Shown one piece after another: positions 7,212-15,540 of a stretch of 64,000 nucleotides of DNA (position 1 is its first letter; every line of letters begins with the position of its first letter). The stretch comes from Candidatus Enterousia sp. GTDB lineage: Bacteria > Pseudomonadota > Alphaproteobacteria > Rs-D84. The stretch lies in the NCBI GenBank assembly GCA_045646625.1, contig JAZRLB010000019.1, positions 13,396-77,395 of the forward strand. The letters are read 5' to 3'. The notes beneath the pieces were generated by a model, which worked only from the letters and a program-made list of their open reading frames with translations, made no database searches and was not told the origin of the DNA. Position numbers and translations under genes: made by a program.

Positions 7212-8756
7212 ATGAAAAGGGGTATATTAACCGCATTCTTATTTACTACTCTGGGCATTGCCCATGCATTTGGCGCACCCTTTTGCCCCAGCAGCACAGT
7301 ATCATTTCAAGGCAATCAGGACGCCGATGATAACGAATTTATGTACACAAGCAATAAGGCATATAATTCAGCAGTAAAACTCCAAGATGATAATGGCGGC
7401 AAACTTAAAGGCGGTCAAGTTTACGAATGCGATAAAGAACAGGGATGTGCATATGATTCATATTTCTTAACAACCAGCGCTTCCTCGCATAAAAGCAAAC
7501 AACCTGGCGATAAGAAACTGTATATATGCCGCAGTGGCGATGACCGATGGGAACAAACATCTGTATCGGCCTGTAACGGCTTTCCTCAAAAATATACAGA
7601 TTATACCAATAAGATTGTAAACCTGGCTGGACGTGACTATGTATTGTTATACGATCACACCAAATACATTTCCTGTTATCTAACCGGTCAGGCATTGGCT
7701 TGCTTCAACTACAACAAAAATAATAAAGATCGTGTGTATTGGGAAGACAACTCTTGCAAATGCAAAGAATACCAAGGAGATGAATACGTTTGGAAAAACA
7801 ATACATGCGTCAAATATACCACACAAGACAAAAATACCCCACAAAACGCATGTGACGGACATAAAAAAACCGACGTTTGGTCAGTAAAATGCAATTCAAT
7901 CAGCATTACCAACGGAAAAGAGTGCAAATGTCGCTGTAACAGCAATGACACCAAAACCTGCTTCGTCACCGAATGTAACAGCGGTTATCAATTAAATACC
8001 CCAATCCAAGGCGATGATTTTAAAAAAGTTGGCGCACACGAAAAATGCACAAAAACAGATAACAACAACGGCGGCGGCAACGGAAATCGCGTCAGCAAAT
8101 GTCACCCATCGGTTTGCAAAAGCGAAATCTGCAAAGCTTGCTGTGCCAAACCTGCAAGCGAAGCTGTCTGGATGCCCAACACCCAAAGCTGTACATGCAC
8201 AAATGGCGGCAACTTCGTCAAAGAAAACAACACCTGGATATGCAAAACAAATGTCAACCACTCTGACAATCCCCAAACATATCAATGTGACAAAACAAAA
8301 CTGTCAAACCTGCCCGCCTGGAAAACTCTATGCGCCAGTCACAATGATATCTTGAACTCAATAACAGAATTGGAAACATATTGCAGCGGTAAACCAAACC
8401 AGGAAGGATTTCTGGAACTGTATTTCACATTAAAATCGGCTGTCACAACAACGTGCGCCGGCACACAAAACACAACAATAATCGAAGCCGATATCACTAC
8501 TACATACAATCATCTGAAATCCATTCACGACAAATTCAATGTCACTGTATGGAAAGACGCCGAAGGCAACTTTAATACTGCGCGCCTGGCATCAGATTCA
8601 ATCGCAGGCGTTGTATTAGGCACTGCCGGCGGTCTGATTACCAGCCACGTCGTAAAAAAGAACCAGGTCGAAAACGGCTTTGAAGACATAAAATGCACCA
8701 TAGGCGGCCAAAACGTTGCCGCCTGGGGCGACCAGTTCCGCGTCGGTATCCAATAG
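7212..8756 (+). CDS. Cysteine-rich secreted protein with a conserved C-terminal module (paralogous to 59450-60244)
   Basis: Signal peptide MKRGILTAFLFTTLGIAHAFGA. About 30 Cys by hand count, in CxC/CxxxC clusters. The C-terminal 83 aa are shared with the protein at 59450-60244. Confidence 0.75.
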   Translation: MKRGILTAFLFTTLGIAHAFGAPFCPSSTVSFQGNQDADDNEFMYTSNKAYNSAVKLQDDNGGKLKGGQVYECDKEQGCAYDSYFLTTSASSHKSKQPGDKKLYICRSGDDRWEQTSVSACNGFPQKYTDYTNKIVNLAGRDYVLLYDHTKYISCYLTGQALACFNYNKNNKDRVYWEDNSCKCKEYQGDEYVWKNNTCVKYTTQDKNTPQNACDGHKKTDVWSVKCNSISITNGKECKCRCNSNDTKTCFVTECNSGYQLNTPIQGDDFKKVGAHEKCTKTDNNNGGGNGNRVSKCHPSVCKSEICKACCAKPASEAVWMPNTQSCTCTNGGNFVKENNTWICKTNVNHSDNPQTYQCDKTKLSNLPAWKTLCASHNDILNSITELETYCSGKPNQEGFLELYFTLKSAVTTTCAGTQNTTIIEADITTTYNHLKSIHDKFNVTVWKDAEGNFNTARLASDSIAGVVLGTAGGLITSHVVKKNQVENGFEDIKCTIGGQNVAAWGDQFRVGIQ

Positions 8757-8769
8757 ATGATGGAAAAAC

Positions 8770-8800
8770 AAAAAAAATCCCGCCCTGCGGGATTTTTTTT
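8770..8800 (+). terminator. Intrinsic terminator after 7212-8756
   Basis: AAAAAAAATCCCGC-cct-GCGGGATTTTTTTT. Confidence 0.8.
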
Positions 8801-8813
8801 ACCTGCCCCTGGC

Positions 8814-8988
8814 ACTATTTGCCATCCAGCGACCCGACCGCGGCCCCAGATGTACGCTACTTTGTCACCCCACTGCTTGACCACGGGACCCAGGTGTATG
8901 CTACTTTGTCACCCCACTGCTTGACCACGCGACCCAGGTGTATGCTACTTTGTCATCCCGTGGCTTGACCACGGGACCCAGGTGTATG
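8814..8988. repeat. 44-bp tandem repeat: three good copies (8857-8900, 8901-8944, 8945-8988) plus a degenerate leading copy. The unit contains a palindrome.
   Basis: Unit is CTACTTTGTCA(C/T)CCC(ACT/GTG)GCTTGACCACG(G/C)GACCCAGGTGTATG. Copy 3 has the perfect stem CCCGTGG/CCACGGG. Confidence 0.9.
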
Positions 8989-8993
8989 CCATA

Positions 8994-9407
8994 CTATTTA
9001 TCGCACCAGGACGCCCGTTTTCCACCACCATACGACCGTGCCAGACCACTGGCCACCATAATATCCCCAATATCACGTCCATCTGACAATATAACATTTG
9101 CATTAATACGCCCCAGATATTTATCATCTTTGATATTCTGCAAATCTACAACCGTGCCACGTGGTATCAACGTCGCCAACAAATCTTTGGCATTTTGCGC
9201 CATAACCTTTTCCGCTTTGCACTGGCCATTCATTTCCGGCGTATCAATATTTATCAGGCGAACACGCACAGTAATTTCAATATCCACATCTAATTTCACA
9301 GCCGCAGAAAATGTATCACCATCAAAAATATAATCTACACGTGCAGGCACCGCATTCGCCACCCCTGCCATACACATAAACACAACAGAAAACAACAATT
9401 TTTTCAT
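8994..9407 (-). CDS. Secreted thermonuclease (SNase/micrococcal nuclease) family protein
   Basis: Signal peptide MKKLLFSVVFMCMAGVANA. Motifs DGDTF..VRLINIDTPE..YGR.. Confidence 0.8.
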   Translation of the reverse strand: MKKLLFSVVFMCMAGVANAVPARVDYIFDGDTFSAAVKLDVDIEITVRVRLINIDTPEMNGQCKAEKVMAQNAKDLLATLIPRGTVVDLQNIKDDKYLGRINANVILSDGRDIGDIMVASGLARSYGGGKRASWCDK

Positions 9408-9423
9408 TATTTACTCTTTACGT

Positions 9424-9446
9424 AAAATCCCGCCTTGCGGGATTTT
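9424..9446 (-). terminator. Intrinsic terminator after tolB
   Basis: AAAATCCCGC-ctt-GCGGGATTTT immediately downstream of the tolB stop. Confidence 0.7.
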
Positions 9447-9450
9447 ATTT

Positions 9451-10767
9451 TTATGGCAATCTGGGCGACCAGGTCGGTTCCAACCCATTCACATCTTCGG
9501 GCAATTCAATATCATAAATATTCTGGCCCGTAATATCTACACTGCGAATATGGCTGATACGTTCAATGCCATCAATCGCCTTTTCTGTTTCATAGTAAAC
9601 AATTCGACGCGATCCTGGCGCCCAGGATGGCGCCTCCATAAACCAGCCACCTGCCAAAATCTTTTCATTGCGTCCACGCGGATCCATAATGCCGACATAG
9701 AACGTATCATCTGCTATTTTTGTGAACGCAATAAACTGCCCATCAGGCGACCAAGCCGGTGTGGCATAGCGCCCTGCCCCATATGTCAGGCGCTCAACCG
9801 CCCCCGTTTCCAAATCCAATACGTGAATCTGTTGACGCCCAGACCGATCAGAATTAAAGGCCATCTTTTTACCATCTGGCGAATAAGATGGACTGGTATT
9901 AATCGAATTACCAAACGTCAACTGACGCAATTCATTGGTTTCAATATTAAATTCATAGATATGTGTAATACCCTTTTTAACCAGCGATATCGCAACACGC
10001 GTACCATCCGGCGAAAAACGTGGCGCGAAATTCATACCACCGAACTGCCCCAGACGCCGCTGTTCCCCTGTATCCAAATCCAAACTCCACACCATTGGGT
10101 CATCATTGTAATATGACAGAAAAACAATCGAACGCATATTCGGCGAAAAATGTGGCGACATAACAAAAGAATCTTTATCTGACAAATATCGCATACCGTA
10201 TCCATCTTGATCCATAATCGCCAAACGCTTAATACGTTTTTGTATCGGGCCTGTTTCTGCAATAAATACAATCTGGGTATCAAAGTATCCAATTTCCCCC
10301 GTCAATCTTTCATAAATCGCATCTGCCATAATATGGGCCAAACGACGTGCAGACTTGCGCGACGCGACCAAAGATTGCGCCTCTATCTGTTCCTGACCTG
10401 CAACATCCCAAACGAAGAATTCCAATTTATATCTATTATCAGATTCCGCAGTCATTTTTGTTTGAACCAAAACTTGGGTCTTGATGGCACCCCAAGATTT
10501 AAAATTTGGCATTTCGTGCATCTTGACATATTCTGGAAATGCATCATGATTCACAATACGAAACAAACCTGTACGTTTCAAGTCCGCTTCGACCACATCA
10601 CGTATCATCGTCGCGTCTTTGGCACGCACACCGTCACCGACCTCAAATTTTTGAACTGCAATCGAAATTGGATTTGCTGCCCCTGCAACAATATCAACCT
10701 TTAATTCTGCACGTGCGCCCAACGTACACATCACCAGCGCAAAACACATTATCAGTTTCTTAAACAT
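9451..10767 (-). CDS. tolB: Tol-Pal system beta-propeller protein TolB
   Basis: Signal peptide MFKKLIMCFALVMCTLGARA. N-terminal TolB domain (DLKRTGLF) plus repeated P.WSPDG beta-propeller blades. Start taken at the ATG at 10767. Confidence 0.9.
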   Translation of the reverse strand: MFKKLIMCFALVMCTLGARAELKVDIVAGAANPISIAVQKFEVGDGVRAKDATMIRDVVEADLKRTGLFRIVNHDAFPEYVKMHEMPNFKSWGAIKTQVLVQTKMTAESDNRYKLEFFVWDVAGQEQIEAQSLVASRKSARRLAHIMADAIYERLTGEIGYFDTQIVFIAETGPIQKRIKRLAIMDQDGYGMRYLSDKDSFVMSPHFSPNMRSIVFLSYYNDDPMVWSLDLDTGEQRRLGQFGGMNFAPRFSPDGTRVAISLVKKGITHIYEFNIETNELRQLTFGNSINTSPSYSPDGKKMAFNSDRSGRQQIHVLDLETGAVERLTYGAGRYATPAWSPDGQFIAFTKIADDTFYVGIMDPRGRNEKILAGGWFMEAPSWAPGSRRIVYYETEKAIDGIERISHIRSVDITGQNIYDIELPEDVNGLEPTWSPRLP

Positions 10768-10890
10768 AAAAAATCCCTTTCCTATTATTATATACAGCCT
10801 AATTTTATATCCATAAAACACAAAAATCAAATTAAATACACACACCTACACACCCGCCAACACCAACCTCAACACAGCCGTGATTACAGA

Positions 10891-10934
10891 TGTAAATATA
10901 TTTGTATTGACAATTGTATTTACATTGGTATAGT
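10891..10934 (+). promoter_or_regulatory. Sigma70-type promoter with overlapping inverted repeat (putative operator) for 10982-12191
   Basis: TTGACA (10907-10912), 16-nt spacer, TATAGT (10929-10934). TGTAAATA (10891-10898) is the reverse complement of TATTTACA (10917-10924). Confidence 0.55.
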
Positions 10935-10981
10935 GCATTGTAATGACCGTGGTATTGCGGTCTGTATAGAGAGTTGTCCAT

Positions 10982-11206
10982 ATGCCAAACGTTATGCAAC
11001 AATTGTTCATTATGAACATAGAATCTTTGCTAAAAGAATACGCCGCCTACAAGGCATTTAACAAATCAGACTGCGTTATCAATATGCGCATTCCACGCCC
11101 TATTCTGGATAAAATCAAAGAACTGGCCGACGCACAACACGTCCCCTACCAATCACTGATTTCATCGGTACTGTTTTCACTGGCCAACATTGAAGACAGC
11201 AAATAA
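10982..11206 (+). CDS. CopG/RHH-type (BrnA-like) small DNA-binding protein
   Basis: 74 aa. MRIPRPILDKIKELADAQHVPYQSLISSVL resembles the RHH antitoxin strand-helix-helix pattern. Confidence 0.5.
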   Translation: MPNVMQQLFIMNIESLLKEYAAYKAFNKSDCVINMRIPRPILDKIKELADAQHVPYQSLISSVLFSLANIEDSK

Positions 11207-11240
11207 ACCAAAAAAAACATAAATTAAAAAAGGCGCCGCT

Positions 11241-12191
11241 ATGACACTGCCAAAAAAATCTATTATCTATGAAACACTGAACAAAACGCGCCACTATCCC
11301 ACAACAGAAAAACAGCCAAGCCTGTTCCCAGAATTGGACACACAAAATCCACCCGAAGACTTTCCAGAATTCTGGTTCTTCTCAGATTTACACAACCTGT
11401 ACGGCAACGCATATTTTCCCGTAGAACCAAATATGAACGTTTTCGCATGGCAAAACCTGGTTATGCCCACCCAGCAAAAATCAAAACGCGCAACACCACA
11501 ATTAATCCCAACAGACATACTGTTCTATAACGAACACGTCGCAACATTTCGCCATCCTTATTCTTTAAACAACAACACCATTAGAAACGCCAAAGACCTA
11601 AAACTGTCACGCTATGCTTGCTGGTGCCTGTCACGCAACCGACCATCTATGATTTTTTCACGCACCTACTTTATATCACCTATTATAAATCCCCAGATGA
11701 AATTCCAGGATATGAAAAACCTGTCATACCAATTTGCGCGCGTTCACCTGCGCAACCGACTATCATATTATGAAAAAATCATTGCCGGCATATTAAAAAA
11801 GTACAACGCCAACTTTCGCCAATTCAACCACGCAATGACACGCGCATTCTTTTACAATTATGGCGCAAATGATTTAAAAGAAACTAATGGCATACCATTG
11901 GCACCCAACGACCCATTGGCAAACTATATGGGCGCTGCAACTCTTAACGCACGAATAAACGCCCTGGACCAGGCAATACAAAAACACAATCACACACCAA
12001 ATCAAAGCCTAAACCAATTCCAGAACACACTATACAACGAATTAATAAACGCACGCGTGGCTGAAATTCGCGACACAACAATCTTGCCTGAACGCGACAT
12101 ATTCCGAACCCCAGTCTCAAAAATCCAATCACAGCTGGCACGCACCGAACGCGATTTTATACTTCGATTCTGTCAAAATAAAATAAAATAA
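11241..12191 (+). CDS. DinD-like (DNA-damage-inducible protein D family) protein
   Basis: DLKLSRYACWCLSRN.., RVHLRNRL.., and ..DPLANYMGAATLNA follow, in order, my recollection of E. coli DinD (DIVLSRYACYLVVQN, RLFLRNEL, ILDHMGSTELAANL). Confidence 0.5.
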   Translation: MTLPKKSIIYETLNKTRHYPTTEKQPSLFPELDTQNPPEDFPEFWFFSDLHNLYGNAYFPVEPNMNVFAWQNLVMPTQQKSKRATPQLIPTDILFYNEHVATFRHPYSLNNNTIRNAKDLKLSRYACWCLSRNRPSMIFSRTYFISPIINPQMKFQDMKNLSYQFARVHLRNRLSYYEKIIAGILKKYNANFRQFNHAMTRAFFYNYGANDLKETNGIPLAPNDPLANYMGAATLNARINALDQAIQKHNHTPNQSLNQFQNTLYNELINARVAEIRDTTILPERDIFRTPVSKIQSQLARTERDFILRFCQNKIK

Positions 12192-12205
12192 AATAAAAAC
12201 CAGAC

Positions 12206-13171
12206 CTATCGAGACCTTGTCATAATATCGGCAATTTCACCCAAAACCACTCGCAGATTTGCAGATGCGTCGGTACTTTTTGCCACACAACCAATATTAG
12301 CCCGCTTAATCAGTCCAGTTAATGTCCGCCCTGGTCCCAACTCGTACGCACGAACAATATTATATGCCGGAAATGATTCCATAATATCCAACCAACGTAC
12401 CCCATGCGTCATCTGATTACACAGCGCATCACGAACATCGCGCGGATTCGACATAAAATTAGCCGTCTGATTTGAATACCAATTCGTTTTTGGCGCTTCA
12501 AATTGAATCTTTTCCATCCGTGCCCGCATCAGCCTTTCCGCACCACTCATCAACGCACAATGTGCCGGCACCGACACATTCAACCGTTTTGCGATACGAG
12601 CCCCCCGTTTCTGAGCCGCTTCCACCACCATATCCAGTGCCGCACTATGCCCACTGATAACGAACTGATCACGCGCATTATGATTCGATATCTGAACATA
12701 CCCTAACCCGGCGGCCGCAACTAAACATTGTTCAACCTCATCCTTGCTCAAACCAACTAACGCCGCCATACCACCAGCACCCGCAACATCTTGCATATAT
12801 GTTGCGCGCGCCGACAGCATTTGAATCGCATCTTGCATTTTCATACTGCCAACACAGTACAATGCAGAATACTGACCCATTGAATGCCCTGCCATAGCAT
12901 ATGCAATATCATACAAAGACACCCCAAATTCCGCTTCTATCACACTTGCAATTGCAACAGAATGTGCAAAAGTAGCCAACGACGTATTTTCTGGCGTATT
13001 CAGTTCGACCTGAGGACCATTAAAACAAATTTTTGCCACATCACGCTTTGCGATATCTGACACCTGTTCAAAAACATAGCGCGCAGATGCAAAATCACGA
13101 AAAACATCCGCCCCCATACCAACGTATTGAGCGCCCTGACCCGGAAAAACAAAAATTATTTTTTCTGACAT
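12206..13171 (-). CDS. fabD: Malonyl-CoA:ACP transacylase
   Basis: FVFPGQGAQYVGMG and the active-site motif GHSMGQYSAL. Confidence 0.93.
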   Translation of the reverse strand: MSEKIIFVFPGQGAQYVGMGADVFRDFASARYVFEQVSDIAKRDVAKICFNGPQVELNTPENTSLATFAHSVAIASVIEAEFGVSLYDIAYAMAGHSMGQYSALYCVGSMKMQDAIQMLSARATYMQDVAGAGGMAALVGLSKDEVEQCLVAAAGLGYVQISNHNARDQFVISGHSAALDMVVEAAQKRGARIAKRLNVSVPAHCALMSGAERLMRARMEKIQFEAPKTNWYSNQTANFMSNPRDVRDALCNQMTHGVRWLDIMESFPAYNIVRAYELGPGRTLTGLIKRANIGCVAKSTDASANLRVVLGEIADIMTRSR

Positions 13172-13244
13172 AGTTCAACTAATATAGCACAAAACAAATT
13201 ATTGTCAACCAGATTAAACTATCCCTACCAAAACCGTTGCCCGA

Positions 13245-13276
13245 AAATAAATAAATAAATAAATAAATAAATAAAT
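13245..13276. repeat. (AAAT)8 microsatellite
   Basis: Eight perfect AAAT units, 74 nt upstream of the fabD start codon and downstream of the OMP gene 13372-14106. Confidence 0.95.
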
Positions 13277-13371
13277 TAGAATGATTTAATGCACAGTGGT
13301 TGGCAAGCACAGTGTACAAACGTTACATAAGCGCACCAACCACAAGCAAATGAATTATTATAATTTATTTT

Positions 13372-14106
13372 TTAGAACAAAATGTTTACACGCGCACCAA
13401 ACTGCGCATCATCCGATTCAAATTCATAATCTATATGCCCGACATATTGCGTACGACCATATTGACGCACCAACTTCATATGCAGCCATTCTTGATCAAA
13501 ATCCGTACCCGTCTGCGGATCCTTATGTGTCGCCTTGCGAACCGTCAGCCCCGCCCCCAATCGCCATTCTGGCGCAATACGGAAATATGATTCCGGGCTA
13601 AAATCCAGGAACGCAACACCACGCTCGTCATCAAAGACCCAGGTTGACTTTACTGTTGCCGCCAGCGTCAGCCCCGCCCATTGGCGCCCCATACGCAACC
13701 CAACATAATATGTAGAATCAGCATAATCAGGCGTACGCACACGATGACTGCCACCAAACTTGAACCCGAACAAAACATCCGAAATTATACGCGATTCATT
13801 ATCATCCGCCGTACCCACACGATAAACACCACCCAAATCAACCGCTGCAAAACCATCTTCAGGCCCATTAAAATCGTGCTGATAATGAACATTCGCCCCA
13901 ATTGCCAGGCGATTATTCATACCATACGAAACAGACTGACCTAAACGCAAAATATGATCCCAATACGCAATTGACGACTGCGACAAAATCTCGTCATCTG
14001 CCTGCAAAAACAAAGGATCCGACGTATCCGTCGCCAAAGTTGCAGATGCATAGGACGGCACAACCATTGCACCAGAGACCATTAATACAGATAAAAATTT
14101 ACGCAT
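13372..14106 (-). CDS. Outer-membrane beta-barrel protein
   Basis: Signal peptide MRKFLSVLMVSGAMVVPSYASA. Alternating amphipathic strands. Terminal ..RVNILF (C-terminal Phe). Confidence 0.75.
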   Translation of the reverse strand: MRKFLSVLMVSGAMVVPSYASATLATDTSDPLFLQADDEILSQSSIAYWDHILRLGQSVSYGMNNRLAIGANVHYQHDFNGPEDGFAAVDLGGVYRVGTADDNESRIISDVLFGFKFGGSHRVRTPDYADSTYYVGLRMGRQWAGLTLAATVKSTWVFDDERGVAFLDFSPESYFRIAPEWRLGAGLTVRKATHKDPQTGTDFDQEWLHMKLVRQYGRTQYVGHIDYEFESDDAQFGARVNILF

Positions 14107-14169
14107 TTTCTCTCTCCGATAAAACTTACAAACACCCCCGGTTTACCCGGGGGCAAAAATCACAACATC

Positions 14170-15453
14170 CTAGAATTGAAACATTACCTGCAATCCAACT
14201 TTTGTTTCTGCATAATTTTCCAATTCCGTCGAACCAATATTTTTTAGTTCATTTGCAGGCTGGGTTGCCGCCGCATCCAGATAGGTACCCGACCGCCAAT
14301 AATATAGATCCAACGTCTGGTCATCCACATTATCATAGAAAGTCGTTTTTGCGTACAAATTCAGTGCAAACCAATCATTTGGCTGCCAACCGATTGCGCC
14401 CTTGATACTGGCCTGATTATGCCAATCATAATCCCCCAGGACCGCTTCAACATTCAATGTCCAATCTTCGTTCAAAACACTAAATACACCCAACCCCGCC
14501 TCAACATAAGTAATATTACTATCACCTATATGATAAGGAATATACAGCACCTGCTCGTTTCCATTAGCATCCACACCTGAAACCGGATTACCATAGGAAT
14601 TTCCATCCAAATCAACATACCAACCGCGAACCAATCCATAGATTGTCGAAGACGAAACCTTGTACCCACCTTTCAACTCCAACAGATAATTATTCGCAAC
14701 GTCCTTTTGATGCTGAAAATAAGCGCTTGCCGTCGCAATCCACTCGTCAGTATCCACAAAACGCCATTGCGCTCCAAAACCAAACAATTTCAAGCCATCA
14801 TCATCCATCTTATCATCTGGTGAATTATCGGCCCATTCAAACTTATATTCATTCATATCGTACTGCAGCATCCCTAAAATGGCAATACGATCTGTGATAC
14901 CATAACTAAGGTCTTCTTTGATTGAGAACCCATTCATATCCCATTTACCGGCAACGCCATCGAAATCCAAATAACCGCCCGAAGACTCATACAAGCCAAT
15001 ATTACCATCAGGCAACGCAAAATCATAAGATGTGTTAATAAACGACAAATCAGTATGCGATCCAAACATTCCACCTAACGGCTGATAGAATGGATGTGCC
15101 AAGAAATACTTTCGACGCATTTTATTTACAATCTTTTCAGAACGTGTTGTACGCTGTGTTGTTTTGGTCGCACGCGCAGATGATGATTCTGCGCCCTCGT
15201 AGTGCTTATACAGCGCACTGCGATTTTCTGGTTTTGTATAATACAAATCCCCCGCGTCCTTTGATTCCAAGGTTTTTGTCAAAGTACGTGTTTGGTATTT
15301 TTCATAATTAACTTTCTGACGCGCACGTGTTGCCGGCACCCCTGACAAATCCGCACTTGACCCTGCACGTGCCCCCCAATTTGTGGCCGCATCTGCACCA
15401 ACTGCACCCAACGCCACCATCAAACTAACAATAACTGATAACGATTTTTTCAT
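14170..15453 (-). CDS. Outer-membrane beta-barrel protein (porin-like)
   Basis: MKKSLSVIVSLMVALGAVGADA signal peptide with AAGGAG upstream. Ends ..VGLQVMFQF. Confidence 0.75.
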   Translation of the reverse strand: MKKSLSVIVSLMVALGAVGADAATNWGARAGSSADLSGVPATRARQKVNYEKYQTRTLTKTLESKDAGDLYYTKPENRSALYKHYEGAESSSARATKTTQRTTRSEKIVNKMRRKYFLAHPFYQPLGGMFGSHTDLSFINTSYDFALPDGNIGLYESSGGYLDFDGVAGKWDMNGFSIKEDLSYGITDRIAILGMLQYDMNEYKFEWADNSPDDKMDDDGLKLFGFGAQWRFVDTDEWIATASAYFQHQKDVANNYLLELKGGYKVSSSTIYGLVRGWYVDLDGNSYGNPVSGVDANGNEQVLYIPYHIGDSNITYVEAGLGVFSVLNEDWTLNVEAVLGDYDWHNQASIKGAIGWQPNDWFALNLYAKTTFYDNVDDQTLDLYYWRSGTYLDAAATQPANELKNIGSTELENYAETKVGLQVMFQF

Positions 15454-15510
15454 AATAAACAACTCCTTTTATGGCAAATTATACCATATTCCCGCAACAT
15501 AACAAAGAAT

Positions 15511-15536
15511 AAAAAAATCCCCTTGATGGGGATTTT
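15511..15536 (-). terminator. Intrinsic terminator after dnaN
   Basis: AAAAAAATCCCC-ttgat-GGGGATTTTT just downstream of the dnaN stop. Confidence 0.75.
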
Positions 15537-15540
15537 TATT

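Noticed and set aside
8814-8988. Possible CRISPR array (regular ~44-bp periodic repeats)
   Set aside because: The copies are directly contiguous with no unique spacers between them. There are only 3-4 units and no cas genes in 64 kb. This is a tandem repeat of a palindromic element, not a CRISPR array.
8525-9333. ORFs 8525-8884(-), 8693-8968(+) and 8938-9333(+) spanning the repeat region
   Set aside because: They are read-throughs of the terminator, the tandem-repeat DNA, or the antisense of the thermonuclease gene. Their sequences are low-complexity (Pro/Arg/Cys-rich) with no RBS, and they overlap better-supported features.
13294-13342. 8-bp inverted repeat GTGGTTGG...CCAACCAC downstream of the OMP gene as a structured RNA
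   Set aside because: It has a single stem with a 33-nt loop, no T-run and no second copy in the window. That is insufficient to call a terminator or ncRNA.
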